Shown here: in pieces, positions 20,035 to 28,247 of the stretch
Layout: the number at the start of each line of letters is the position of its first letter
How positions within the stretch are numbered: position 1 is the first letter of the stretch
Assembly: GCA_963736005.1 (NCBI GenBank)
Contig: CAVTNB010000001.1
Span: forward strand, 512,001-576,000
Direction of reading: 5' to 3'
DNA length: 64,000 nt
Origin: an uncultured Pseudomonadota bacterium
Lineage (GTDB): Bacteria; Vulcanimicrobiota; Vulcanimicrobiia; Eremiobacterales; Eremiobacteraceae
Notes under the pieces: model-generated
Told to the model about the DNA's origin: nothing
Seen by the model: only the letters and a program-made list of their open reading frames with translations
Databases searched by the model: none
Position numbers and translations under genes: made by a program

Positions 20035-20047
20035 TCCCAAGACGCCG

Positions 20048-21637
20048 TTAATATCCCGCGGCGGCACCGTCGCTTCGCGGATCCCACCCACCGCTCAAGA
20101 CTCCACTTGATCTGTCGATGAGAATCGCGCCGGCGTGACCCATCGATTCTTCCCACTCACCCAGGATGACCACGTCATGACCGCGAGCGCGCAAGCCTGC
20201 AATGCACGCGTCCTCCAAACGAGACTCAACATGCAGGCGCGCCCGCTCGCATTGATCTGCCCTGGCCCAGCGCCAGCGCGGGCGTTCGATTGCCGCCTGC
20301 GGATTCATGCCCAGGGCGATCGTCGTCGAGAGCTGTAGAGCTATTTGGGGCTGGGCGTCGCCCCCCATCGACCCATACACAAGATGCGGTTTGCCATCGC
20401 GCAAGAGCATGCACGGCATGAGCGTGTGAAAGGGCCGCTTCCCGGGCGCAAGCGAGCGAAGTCTGCCCTCGGAAAGCTCAAACGACGTACCGCGATTTTG
20501 CAAGGTGACGCCCAGCTCTGGCATGACGACACCCGCGCCGAAGCCATGAAAGAGCGACTGAATGAATGAGGCCGCATTGCCGGCGCTATCGACGCAGGCG
20601 AAATATGCTGTATCTCCTCTATCAATGTTCTGCTCGACTTGCGGTCGCGCCATGTAGGGATCGATACGCGCAGCGTGCGCGAGCGCCCGCTCAGGTTGTA
20701 ACATCGCCCTCCATTCGTCGCCGGCGTTTGGGTCGGTCACGACTCCATCTCGATCCTCAATCGCCAGTCGGACGCTTTCGACAGCGCCGTGGACCTGCGC
20801 CGCGCTACCTACTTCGAGCGCTTTGCTATTCGCATAGGCTTCGTACGTTTGCTGCGCGATGAGCAAGGTGAGACCTTGCGAGTTGGGGGGAACGGTGAGA
20901 GACTCAAAGCCGTAAAAATTTCCGGCAACGGGCTCGCAGAATGTTCCGCGGTGTTCGGCAAAGTCTCTCGCCCGCAGTGGACTGCCGATCGCTTCGGCGC
21001 GCTGTGCGATGGACCGAGCGCCGTCGCCTTCGTAGAACCACGACCGTCCAAAGGCAGCGATGGAACGCAGCGTGGCGGCAAGTTGCGGATTCCGAAAGAC
21101 GTCGCCGGTTTGGCTCGGTCCATGGCGCAGGAACAATTCCGTTGCTGCCTCGTCAGCTGCAAGCACTTCTCGCAGTCGCTCGATCGCGCTGACGAAGCTG
21201 CCCGCCGCAGGGGCTCCATCGCCGGCATAGGCGATCGCTGGGCCCAAAATACCCTCCATTTCAAGCGAGCCGAAGCGGCCAGCCAGCGCGAACCATGCAT
21301 CAACGGCTCCAGGAACCGTGAGAGCCGCCGCTGGGCCGCGCTCGGGAATGACGTGATGGCCGGCGCTGCGGTAGTAGTCCAGCGTCGCCAGTCGGGCGGC
21401 CGCTCCAGAACCATTGTAACCTGCAACCTCGCCGCTTTTGGCGTCATAGTAAAGGAAGAACGCGTCGCCGCCAATGCCAGTCATGTGCGGATACAGAACG
21501 GCGAGCACTGCGGCCACGCCGATGATGGCGTCGGCGGCGTTGCCACCATCCCGCAGGATCGCGACACCCGCTTGGGTCGCAAGTGCATGGGGTGCGGTGA
21601 CCATAGCCTCGCAGGCGAGTGTACTCGATTGGGTCAC
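20048..21637 (-). CDS. ggt: Gamma-glutamyltransferase family
   Basis: GGNAADA, TGIGGD, TVPG, DTAYF cleavage Thr, PGKRPFHTL, GGDAQPQ, DPRSDG. Confidence 0.93.
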   Translation of the reverse strand: MTQSSTLACEAMVTAPHALATQAGVAILRDGGNAADAIIGVAAVLAVLYPHMTGIGGDAFFLYYDAKSGEVAGYNGSGAAARLATLDYYRSAGHHVIPERGPAAALTVPGAVDAWFALAGRFGSLEMEGILGPAIAYAGDGAPAAGSFVSAIERLREVLAADEAATELFLRHGPSQTGDVFRNPQLAATLRSIAAFGRSWFYEGDGARSIAQRAEAIGSPLRARDFAEHRGTFCEPVAGNFYGFESLTVPPNSQGLTLLIAQQTYEAYANSKALEVGSAAQVHGAVESVRLAIEDRDGVVTDPNAGDEWRAMLQPERALAHAARIDPYMARPQVEQNIDRGDTAYFACVDSAGNAASFIQSLFHGFGAGVVMPELGVTLQNRGTSFELSEGRLRSLAPGKRPFHTLMPCMLLRDGKPHLVYGSMGGDAQPQIALQLSTTIALGMNPQAAIERPRWRWARADQCERARLHVESRLEDACIAGLRARGHDVVILGEWEESMGHAGAILIDRSSGVLSGGWDPRSDGAAAGY

Positions 21638-21654
21638 AGAGGATTAGCTCTCAC

Positions 21655-22401
21655 TTAGGATCGGCCAGGCACAATAATCTGTGACGGCAGACCGCCCGCG
21701 GCCTCTTCGTCGAATGCGGTTCCGTCGACACGTAAGAACTCTTCCATGCTCGCAATACGCTCGCGACGGACGAAAGAATGGTGGCGCGCGACGATCCCCG
21801 CTGTGACATCCGCGACGTTGCGCCCACCAAACGTGACTGGCCAACTCGGATAGACGAAGCCCGGACCCATCGGAAGCGCTCTTAGTGCTAAGGGCGACTC
21901 ATCCTCGATCGTGATGTCTGCGCGCTCGAGCGGCAATACGTCCTTGCTCCCACCATCATCCGGCATGATGGGACGGCAACGAGCAAAACCCGCGGACCAT
22001 TGTTCCAAAACGTAGAGGCGCATGCTGATGCTTTGCCACGTACCGAGCAGCGCGAGCCACGCAGGGGTGACGATCGGACCGCGTTCCGCTAAGTATTCTT
22101 CCACGGCGCTACGTCCATATTTCGCCGGCCGATAATCGAAAATCAAATAATCGAGGAGTCGCGATGCACGCGTTCGGTCGAGCGGAGGCCGCCAAAATGG
22201 AAAGCGTTCCGCGGCGATGGCTTCGGGCGTGACTCCAGCGCGTTGCGTCGCGTAGCGGCCTAATTCGCGCAGCAGCGGCAAGCCCTGTGCTCGTAGCTCG
22301 CGGACAAACTCTTCACGTTGCGCCTCTTGACCGAGGCAGCAGCGCTTGTATTTTTTGCCGCTCCCGCATGGGCACGGATCGTTCCGACCAGGTGTTGGCA
22401 T
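21655..22401 (-). CDS. SEC-C motif protein
   Basis: GRNDPCPCGSGKKYKRCC at the N-terminus. Confidence 0.85.
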   Translation of the reverse strand: MPTPGRNDPCPCGSGKKYKRCCLGQEAQREEFVRELRAQGLPLLRELGRYATQRAGVTPEAIAAERFPFWRPPLDRTRASRLLDYLIFDYRPAKYGRSAVEEYLAERGPIVTPAWLALLGTWQSISMRLYVLEQWSAGFARCRPIMPDDGGSKDVLPLERADITIEDESPLALRALPMGPGFVYPSWPVTFGGRNVADVTAGIVARHHSFVRRERIASMEEFLRVDGTAFDEEAAGGLPSQIIVPGRS

Positions 22402-22466
22402 CGCGAAAGGCTTCCACCCCGTGCCGATGCTTTTCCCTCTCGCGCAATCCGATAACTCAAAAGCGA

Positions 22467-23252
22467 ATGTATCGGAAGCTCGTGCTCCAGTCGGTGGTCT
22501 GTCTGGCCTGCTGCGCGTTTGGTTGCGGGGTTGCTGCGCGCGGCAACTCGCCCGCATCGTGGCAGCTTGCGCTGCGCTTGTATCATGGCGAGCGGATCAC
22601 CGAGCGGATGTCTGAGAATGACAAGACGGATTGGAAGCTTCCCGAACGCCGGCTGGAGCGATTCCGCAAAGCGGGCGTCATTATCAACGAAGAGGAGCAC
22701 ATTACGAGCCTCATCGCGGCAAACGTCGTATCGGTCGTCGACGGGATCGCACTCCTTCGTGGTACCTCAAGCGTCACCTCATTCGATGTCCCCCGCAATC
22801 ATACGCAGACGTCGCAGCAGCCTTTTACGTCTGCAGTCGCTCCAAACAACATGCCTATCGCTCTTGCGCATATCCCTCTTGAGGATGCTGCGATGGCTCA
22901 ATTACCGGGCACGCCGCTGCGACTCGGCGAGCACTGGCAGACCAGGCTCGCGGTGATAACAAACCTTGGCAGCGGTCATGCAGTGTTCGATCACGAGGTG
23001 ATAACGCTCGACAATGGGCTGCTAGAGATTGCAGTCCATGGCGTCGGCGCGATCACCGGGACCGAGTACCATCTCCCGAAGCTGCTTCCCGGCACGATCG
23101 ACCTCGCCGGGAGTGCCTGGTACGACCCAGCAGCCGGTTTGATCGTCCGAGAAAGCTACTTGGTACGCAATCGCATCATCAAGCCTATGGCCGGCGAGGA
23201 TAGCGGCTTTGACGAGCGTTTAACGGTGGACATCACCACGCGAAAGGTCTAA
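22467..23252 (+). CDS. Secreted hypothetical protein
   Basis: Signal peptide, beta-rich; resembles 25592..26515. Confidence 0.7.
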   Translation: MYRKLVLQSVVCLACCAFGCGVAARGNSPASWQLALRLYHGERITERMSENDKTDWKLPERRLERFRKAGVIINEEEHITSLIAANVVSVVDGIALLRGTSSVTSFDVPRNHTQTSQQPFTSAVAPNNMPIALAHIPLEDAAMAQLPGTPLRLGEHWQTRLAVITNLGSGHAVFDHEVITLDNGLLEIAVHGVGAITGTEYHLPKLLPGTIDLAGSAWYDPAAGLIVRESYLVRNRIIKPMAGEDSGFDERLTVDITTRKV

Positions 23253-23260
23253 GCGCGTTG

Positions 23261-23328
23261 TATGTAGTTGTCGCGAATGTATTCGCGACGTTGTACTATG
23301 TAGTGTCGCGAATTTATTCGCGACGTTT
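23261..23328 (+). repeat. Tandem pair of GTAG REP-like palindromes, type A
   Basis: tatgtagttgtcgcgaatgtattcgcgacgtt and tatgtagtgtcgcgaatttattcgcgacgtt between convergent genes. Confidence 0.88.
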
Positions 23329-23344
23329 TATGGCGACGTCAGCA

Positions 23345-25612
23345 TCAGGGGCCAGGATAGACGAGCGCAAAGTTTCGGAACCAGAGTGACCCTTGCTCTC
23401 GCGCCGTTTTGTTGGGCTCGACCGCATAAAACCTCGTCCAAACTATCGGCCATGCCGCTTGCCTCGGAATAGCGACACGTAAGGTTCGCCAACCTTGCCA
23501 ATCGACGTTACGCGCAATTGTCACGCTCTCGTTGTTGCCATCCGCATTCTTGTAGCCACCTCGAAGCCACTCTCCGTTTTTGTCGCCGTAAACATCAATC
23601 GACAACGCGATTGGCTGTTGCGGCAAGACAAGAGACGTCTGCGCATAGGCGGCACGGGTTAGTTGGGTCGACGAGAAGTCGTAGGCCAAGCGTAACGCGC
23701 TCGAGCCGTCGGGCGCCGTGCTCGCATCGACGCCGCCCGGCAGCCCATCTGGCCGCGAAGCATAATTCCACTGCCCTGCAGCGGATCCGGGCGCGGGCTC
23801 GGCTTGGAAAATCTGCGTGTGATCGCCGGAAAGCACCACGGCCGATGCGCTCGAGCCACCTGCTCGCGCTATCACGACATTGCGCGCGGCACTCCGCCCC
23901 GCAACGAACGTGCCATCCGCGAGCATCCGACCATCTCCGCCGGACAGGTTCCATGATACCATCGAAGGATCGACCTGGATTGGAATTCCATCTTTGGTCG
24001 CCGCTGCGATTGAAAGATGGACCTGGCCACCGGTGGGCGCCGCTTGATCTGCGCCAACGATCTCTAGTTCGTCAACGTTCGAGACGATGAAGGTATCGAG
24101 CTCGGCCGCACTTTGAGGAATAACCGCGTGAACGCGCACTGGACCTGCATGCTGCGCCCAGAGCAGTCCGTTGCGATCGATCGTCGCGGCGGATGCCGGC
24201 TCAACCGAAAATGCGACGCTTCCCGGCGTGAGCACAACCGGCTGGTCGTTGGCGTCAATGGCATTGGCTTCCATCTGAAGCTTACTCTGTTCGAGCACCA
24301 CGGGAATGGGATTGGTCGGATGCAGCACGAGCATGGTCGGCGGCCCGACCGGGGCAGCATTCAGCACGAAGAAGCCGTCAGCGATCGAGCGCTCGCGCCC
24401 ATCTGAAGGAACGTTGGCAACGCTCGTTCGCTGGTCGCCGAGCGGACGGACGACCATCTCGCTTGAGCCGCCGCTGTCAAACGCCATTGCGGTCGACGCT
24501 CCCAGAGCAGCAAACAATGCGGAGAGTTGTGGGCGCGTTAATCCAATGGAGCGCGACGGCGCTCTTCCGTCAACCACAACGAGCCACAACGTGGCGCCGT
24601 CCTTGGAAACACCCGCACCGGTTACGGGATTGCGCACGTCGGTTTCCTCGGGGGCGGGTGGCGCGGGATCGACAACTGGCTGACCATCCCGAAGAAGCAA
24701 CGGGCCGCCCCCGACGGCAAGCTTGATCGCAGCGAGCGAAGGATCGCTTTGCGTAGTAACGGTCACCGAGTCACCGGGGTGAAAATCTCCCACTAACGCT
24801 TCTGCCTTTCCGCCATGGGCAGCAATGCCGATTTGGCCCGCATCCAAACGATCGAGCATTGCGAGATTGCGATCGATTCGCGCAACCGCGTACGTTCCCG
24901 CGGCCGAAGCAGGAGCGAGCACCATTTCGGTTGCTCCAAAGGCTTTACCGGAACCGAATTCCGGCGTAAGCTCGGCGAGATCGACCGATCCTGACCATTC
25001 GTTCACCGAAGAAAGGTCGAGATGGGCGTTCGAGGTCGAGTCAATGCTTGCGTGCCATGCAATCGGACCCATAGAGATCGCGTTGTGCGCGTCGACCATA
25101 AATGTTGCTGCATTGTCTGGCTGGTGCAGGACGCGTCCATCTGCGATGACGACGCCCAAAGGCGTACCTGTGTCGTTGATATCAAAGTAGTCTGCGTTGA
25201 TGCCAAGCTCGGCGCCAAGCCTGTCCGCCAAGCTGGTCAAACGCTCGCCGGGGCCGATGATCCCGTTGCCGTGCGTGCCCACATCGAACGCGACGTATGG
25301 GTTGCGCAGGTCGATCGTCGCCACGCTCAGTTCCAGCGGTCCATCGCTCGTTGCAAGCTTCCAGCGTTCGTACATCACGCCTGGCCCGATGCGTGCGCCT
25401 TCAACCGTGGAGGTTGTGATCGTGGGCCAGTTTGCTGGCTGCGGGAAATTCGAAATTGCGATGAGTGCGGGCGAAGGCGTCTCCACAGCGCAGACTCGGG
25501 CTGGATTCGCAAAGCCGGTGGCGCATAAGGCGGTGACGAGCGCGAGAACGCGGAATGACACGCTGCGCGTGATTCGAGAGGAGCCGGCTCTTTGCCCTAC
25601 GCCAAGAAGCAT
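23345..25612 (-). CDS. Phosphodiester glycosidase (NAGPA-like) with Ig-like and C-terminal carbohydrate-binding-like domains
   Basis: GINADYF, GGGPLL, LVVVDGR, AMAFDSGGSS, VDWQGW; start uncertain. Confidence 0.85.
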   Translation of the reverse strand: MLLGVGQRAGSSRITRSVSFRVLALVTALCATGFANPARVCAVETPSPALIAISNFPQPANWPTITTSTVEGARIGPGVMYERWKLATSDGPLELSVATIDLRNPYVAFDVGTHGNGIIGPGERLTSLADRLGAELGINADYFDINDTGTPLGVVIADGRVLHQPDNAATFMVDAHNAISMGPIAWHASIDSTSNAHLDLSSVNEWSGSVDLAELTPEFGSGKAFGATEMVLAPASAAGTYAVARIDRNLAMLDRLDAGQIGIAAHGGKAEALVGDFHPGDSVTVTTQSDPSLAAIKLAVGGGPLLLRDGQPVVDPAPPAPEETDVRNPVTGAGVSKDGATLWLVVVDGRAPSRSIGLTRPQLSALFAALGASTAMAFDSGGSSEMVVRPLGDQRTSVANVPSDGRERSIADGFFVLNAAPVGPPTMLVLHPTNPIPVVLEQSKLQMEANAIDANDQPVVLTPGSVAFSVEPASAATIDRNGLLWAQHAGPVRVHAVIPQSAAELDTFIVSNVDELEIVGADQAAPTGGQVHLSIAAATKDGIPIQVDPSMVSWNLSGGDGRMLADGTFVAGRSAARNVVIARAGGSSASAVVLSGDHTQIFQAEPAPGSAAGQWNYASRPDGLPGGVDASTAPDGSSALRLAYDFSSTQLTRAAYAQTSLVLPQQPIALSIDVYGDKNGEWLRGGYKNADGNNESVTIARNVDWQGWRTLRVAIPRQAAWPIVWTRFYAVEPNKTAREQGSLWFRNFALVYPGP

Positions 25613-26515
25613 TTCTTACCCGCAAGAACGGCGGCAGCAGTCGTCCTTGCGTTTGCTTGCGTGGCTGCAACCGCCGCGACCAGTGCTCCTCCGTTACATC
25701 TCGCGTGGCGCGCGCCGAATGGCAACGCCCAGTGGAGTGGGCTATCAACGGTTGAGACGACGGTGACGTATCAGCTCAACTCCGTGCTCAAAGCCATGGT
25801 CGGTCATCGCGCGGACCCGGTCTATATCATCGAAGACCGAACTCGAACCTATTCGGGCGCCAGCGCTGCGAACGAGGTCGACGTCAATGACGCGTTTGCA
25901 CGCCGGCACGGTGGGCCAAACCCATCGGATACGACCATCAAGCGGCGCACCCGCAAGCAAATCGTTGCCTTCGACGCGAGCGGCAGGTTCTCGATCGAAC
26001 CCTATTTATGCAAGAACGAGCCTCCGCTCAATGACGCGAATGCAGATCCAAAGACGTATACAGCCTGCGCCGCAAACGAAAGCACGGACGACCACGCATA
26101 TCAGGATCCCGGGGACGCCGCGCTCGCAGAACTCCCCGCAGGGCCTGTTGACGTTGGAAAATCGTGGACGTTCACGCGTCCTGTGACGGTAGGGCGCGAG
26201 TTCGCATCTGGCACGCTCACCTATGTAGACACACTGCAAAGTGTTGAAGAGCGAGGTAACGAGCAAATCGCAGTGGTCGACGTAGCGGCGACAGGAAGAG
26301 TCAACCTTGCTTCTGACTTGCAGGCGAAAGGCTTTCACACGGGCACGATGAGTCTGAGCGGCACTGCGGAGTTCAACGTCACGACGGGGACCCCTGAGGT
26401 GCAACACTACAGCGGCCATGCCGAGTGGCACGCGAGTTTGCTGGGTGCTAACTTGGGCCTCATTCTCGATGAAGTCTATGACGCCAAGCCATGGACGATC
26501 GCAGCGAAGCAGTGA
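25592..26515 (+). CDS. Secreted hypothetical protein
   Basis: Signal peptide; LPAGPVDVGKSW motif; start uncertain. Confidence 0.7.
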   Translation: MPYAKKHFLPARTAAAVVLAFACVAATAATSAPPLHLAWRAPNGNAQWSGLSTVETTVTYQLNSVLKAMVGHRADPVYIIEDRTRTYSGASAANEVDVNDAFARRHGGPNPSDTTIKRRTRKQIVAFDASGRFSIEPYLCKNEPPLNDANADPKTYTACAANESTDDHAYQDPGDAALAELPAGPVDVGKSWTFTRPVTVGREFASGTLTYVDTLQSVEERGNEQIAVVDVAATGRVNLASDLQAKGFHTGTMSLSGTAEFNVTTGTPEVQHYSGHAEWHASLLGANLGLILDEVYDAKPWTIAAKQ

Positions 26516-27339
26516 AGGCAGCCGATTTCGTTCCCGAGCGCGATCCAAACCTTGATGGCGTCATTCTCGAAGCTCTCGAGATTGCCGGGATCAATGTCGG
26601 GGCTTCGGTGTATCTGAGCGATCTGCAATCGAAGCACTACGGGCAGTGGCGCGCCCGCGAAGACGTCTACCCCGCGAGCGTCATCAAGGTGCCGATTATG
26701 GCGGAAGCATTTCGCCGTTTTGCACAAGGATCGCTAAAACCCGATGACCCGATCGTCGTCAGTTCGAAGAACCAAACGACCACGTCCGGGCCGGCGCCAT
26801 TTTCTCCGGGTTACAAGACGACCATCGGTGAGCTCGTCGACTTCATGATCGTACATTCTGATAACGTCGCCACGAATCAACTCATGGATGAACTCGGTAG
26901 GCAAAACGTGACCGAGTACATGCACGCGCTCCGCATGCAGACGTTTCTCTTGGGCCGTAAGCTGTCGGGCTCCGAACCCCTCATCGAAGATCCCGAGATG
27001 TCGGGACGCAATCGCCTACCGGCACTCGAAGTTGGCAGGCTGTTGGAACTCATCGCGTGTGATGCCATCGATGGGGCTGCCGAGCAACGTGCCATCTTAG
27101 CGCGCTGCGCGGACAATGAAAAACTCGTGCCCGGTCTCGCGCCGGATGATGTGTTCATGCATAAAACCGGGGAGACGTCCTCGGTCAGCCACGATGCGGG
27201 CATTCTCACGACGCCCGGGGGCAGGCAGTATGTTGTCGTGCTGTACTGCGAAGTAGAACCGCGGGCCGACAATTCGGATGCGGCCTGGGTCAACCCCGCG
27301 ATGACCGATTGGATGCGTGCCGTGCGCGAACACTTATGA
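26512..27339 (+). CDS. Class A beta-lactamase-like serine hydrolase
   Basis: SVIK (SxxK), SDN, HKTG, HDAG; GTGA coupling. Confidence 0.85.
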   Translation: MKAADFVPERDPNLDGVILEALEIAGINVGASVYLSDLQSKHYGQWRAREDVYPASVIKVPIMAEAFRRFAQGSLKPDDPIVVSSKNQTTTSGPAPFSPGYKTTIGELVDFMIVHSDNVATNQLMDELGRQNVTEYMHALRMQTFLLGRKLSGSEPLIEDPEMSGRNRLPALEVGRLLELIACDAIDGAAEQRAILARCADNEKLVPGLAPDDVFMHKTGETSSVSHDAGILTTPGGRQYVVVLYCEVEPRADNSDAAWVNPAMTDWMRAVREHL

Positions 27340-28097
27340 ATGCCTGGGACTTGACGAACCAAGTCGCGCTACTGACCGGAGGGTCTCGCGGCATTGGCGC
27401 CGCGGCCGTGCGAGCGCTGCATGCAGCGGGCGCGAGCGTCTTCTTTACCTACCAGACTCACGAAGCGCAGGCCCGAGCACTGGAACGCGAATTGGGCGAG
27501 CGTGTTGCGTACGCCCGCTGCGACGTCAGCCAACACGATCGCCTTCCGGACCTTGTCGCGCGCTGCGTCGAACGCTTCGGGCGCATCGACATCCTCGTCA
27601 ACAACGCCGCGGTGTTTGAGGAGAATCCATTCGATGGCCATGACTATGCAGCGTGGCAACGCGGTTGGCAGCGCACGTTTGACGTGAACGTGTTCGGCGC
27701 CGCTCACCTCAGCTGGCTCGTCATGGCGCAATTTCGCCGGCAAGGTAGCGGTGGACGGATCATCAATGTCACCTCACGAGCGGGTCACCGAGGCGAACTT
27801 AGCTTTTCTGACTATGGAGCAAGCAAAGCTGCCCTGGTCAATCTCACGAAGTCCATTGCCCGTTCGTGTGCAAAGGACGGGATTGTCGCGATGTCAGTTG
27901 CGCCAGGATTCATTGAAACGGATATGGCCGCGCACGATCTCAAAACGCGCCGAGCGGAAGTTGAGGGCGAAATTCCCCTCGGCCGTGTAGGTACGCCGGA
28001 GGAAGTGGCGCACGTGATCGCCTTTTTGGCGTCGCCGCTTGCCGAGTACGTCAATGGTGCGACGATTGACGTCAACGGCGGCTCCTACGTACGCTGA
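27336..28097 (+). CDS. Short-chain dehydrogenase/reductase
   Basis: TGGSRGIG, NNA, YGASK. Confidence 0.9.
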   Translation: MNAWDLTNQVALLTGGSRGIGAAAVRALHAAGASVFFTYQTHEAQARALERELGERVAYARCDVSQHDRLPDLVARCVERFGRIDILVNNAAVFEENPFDGHDYAAWQRGWQRTFDVNVFGAAHLSWLVMAQFRRQGSGGRIINVTSRAGHRGELSFSDYGASKAALVNLTKSIARSCAKDGIVAMSVAPGFIETDMAAHDLKTRRAEVEGEIPLGRVGTPEEVAHVIAFLASPLAEYVNGATIDVNGGSYVR

Positions 28098-28109
28098 TCA
28101 GCCAGCCTT

Positions 28110-28203
28110 GTAGCAGCGGACCTCCTGAGTCCGCTCCGCACCTACGAGCGCACCTAAAGGTGCGCTGCTACATCCCTAGACGCGCTCGAAGGTGCGCTGC
28201 TAC
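28110..28203 (+). repeat. Cluster of three GTAG REP-like palindromes in inverted arrangement
   Basis: gtagc-agcggac..gtccgct; agcgcacct-aa-aggtgcgct-gctac; degenerate ...aaggtgcgctgctac. Confidence 0.75.
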
Positions 28204-28247
28204 ACATCTTATAGGGCAGAATACCGCGCGCGCTGAAAGGCAGACCC

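Noticed and set aside
23261..23328. CRISPR mini-array
   Set aside because: Only two adjacent copies, no spacer, no cas genes; same element is dispersed elsewhere.
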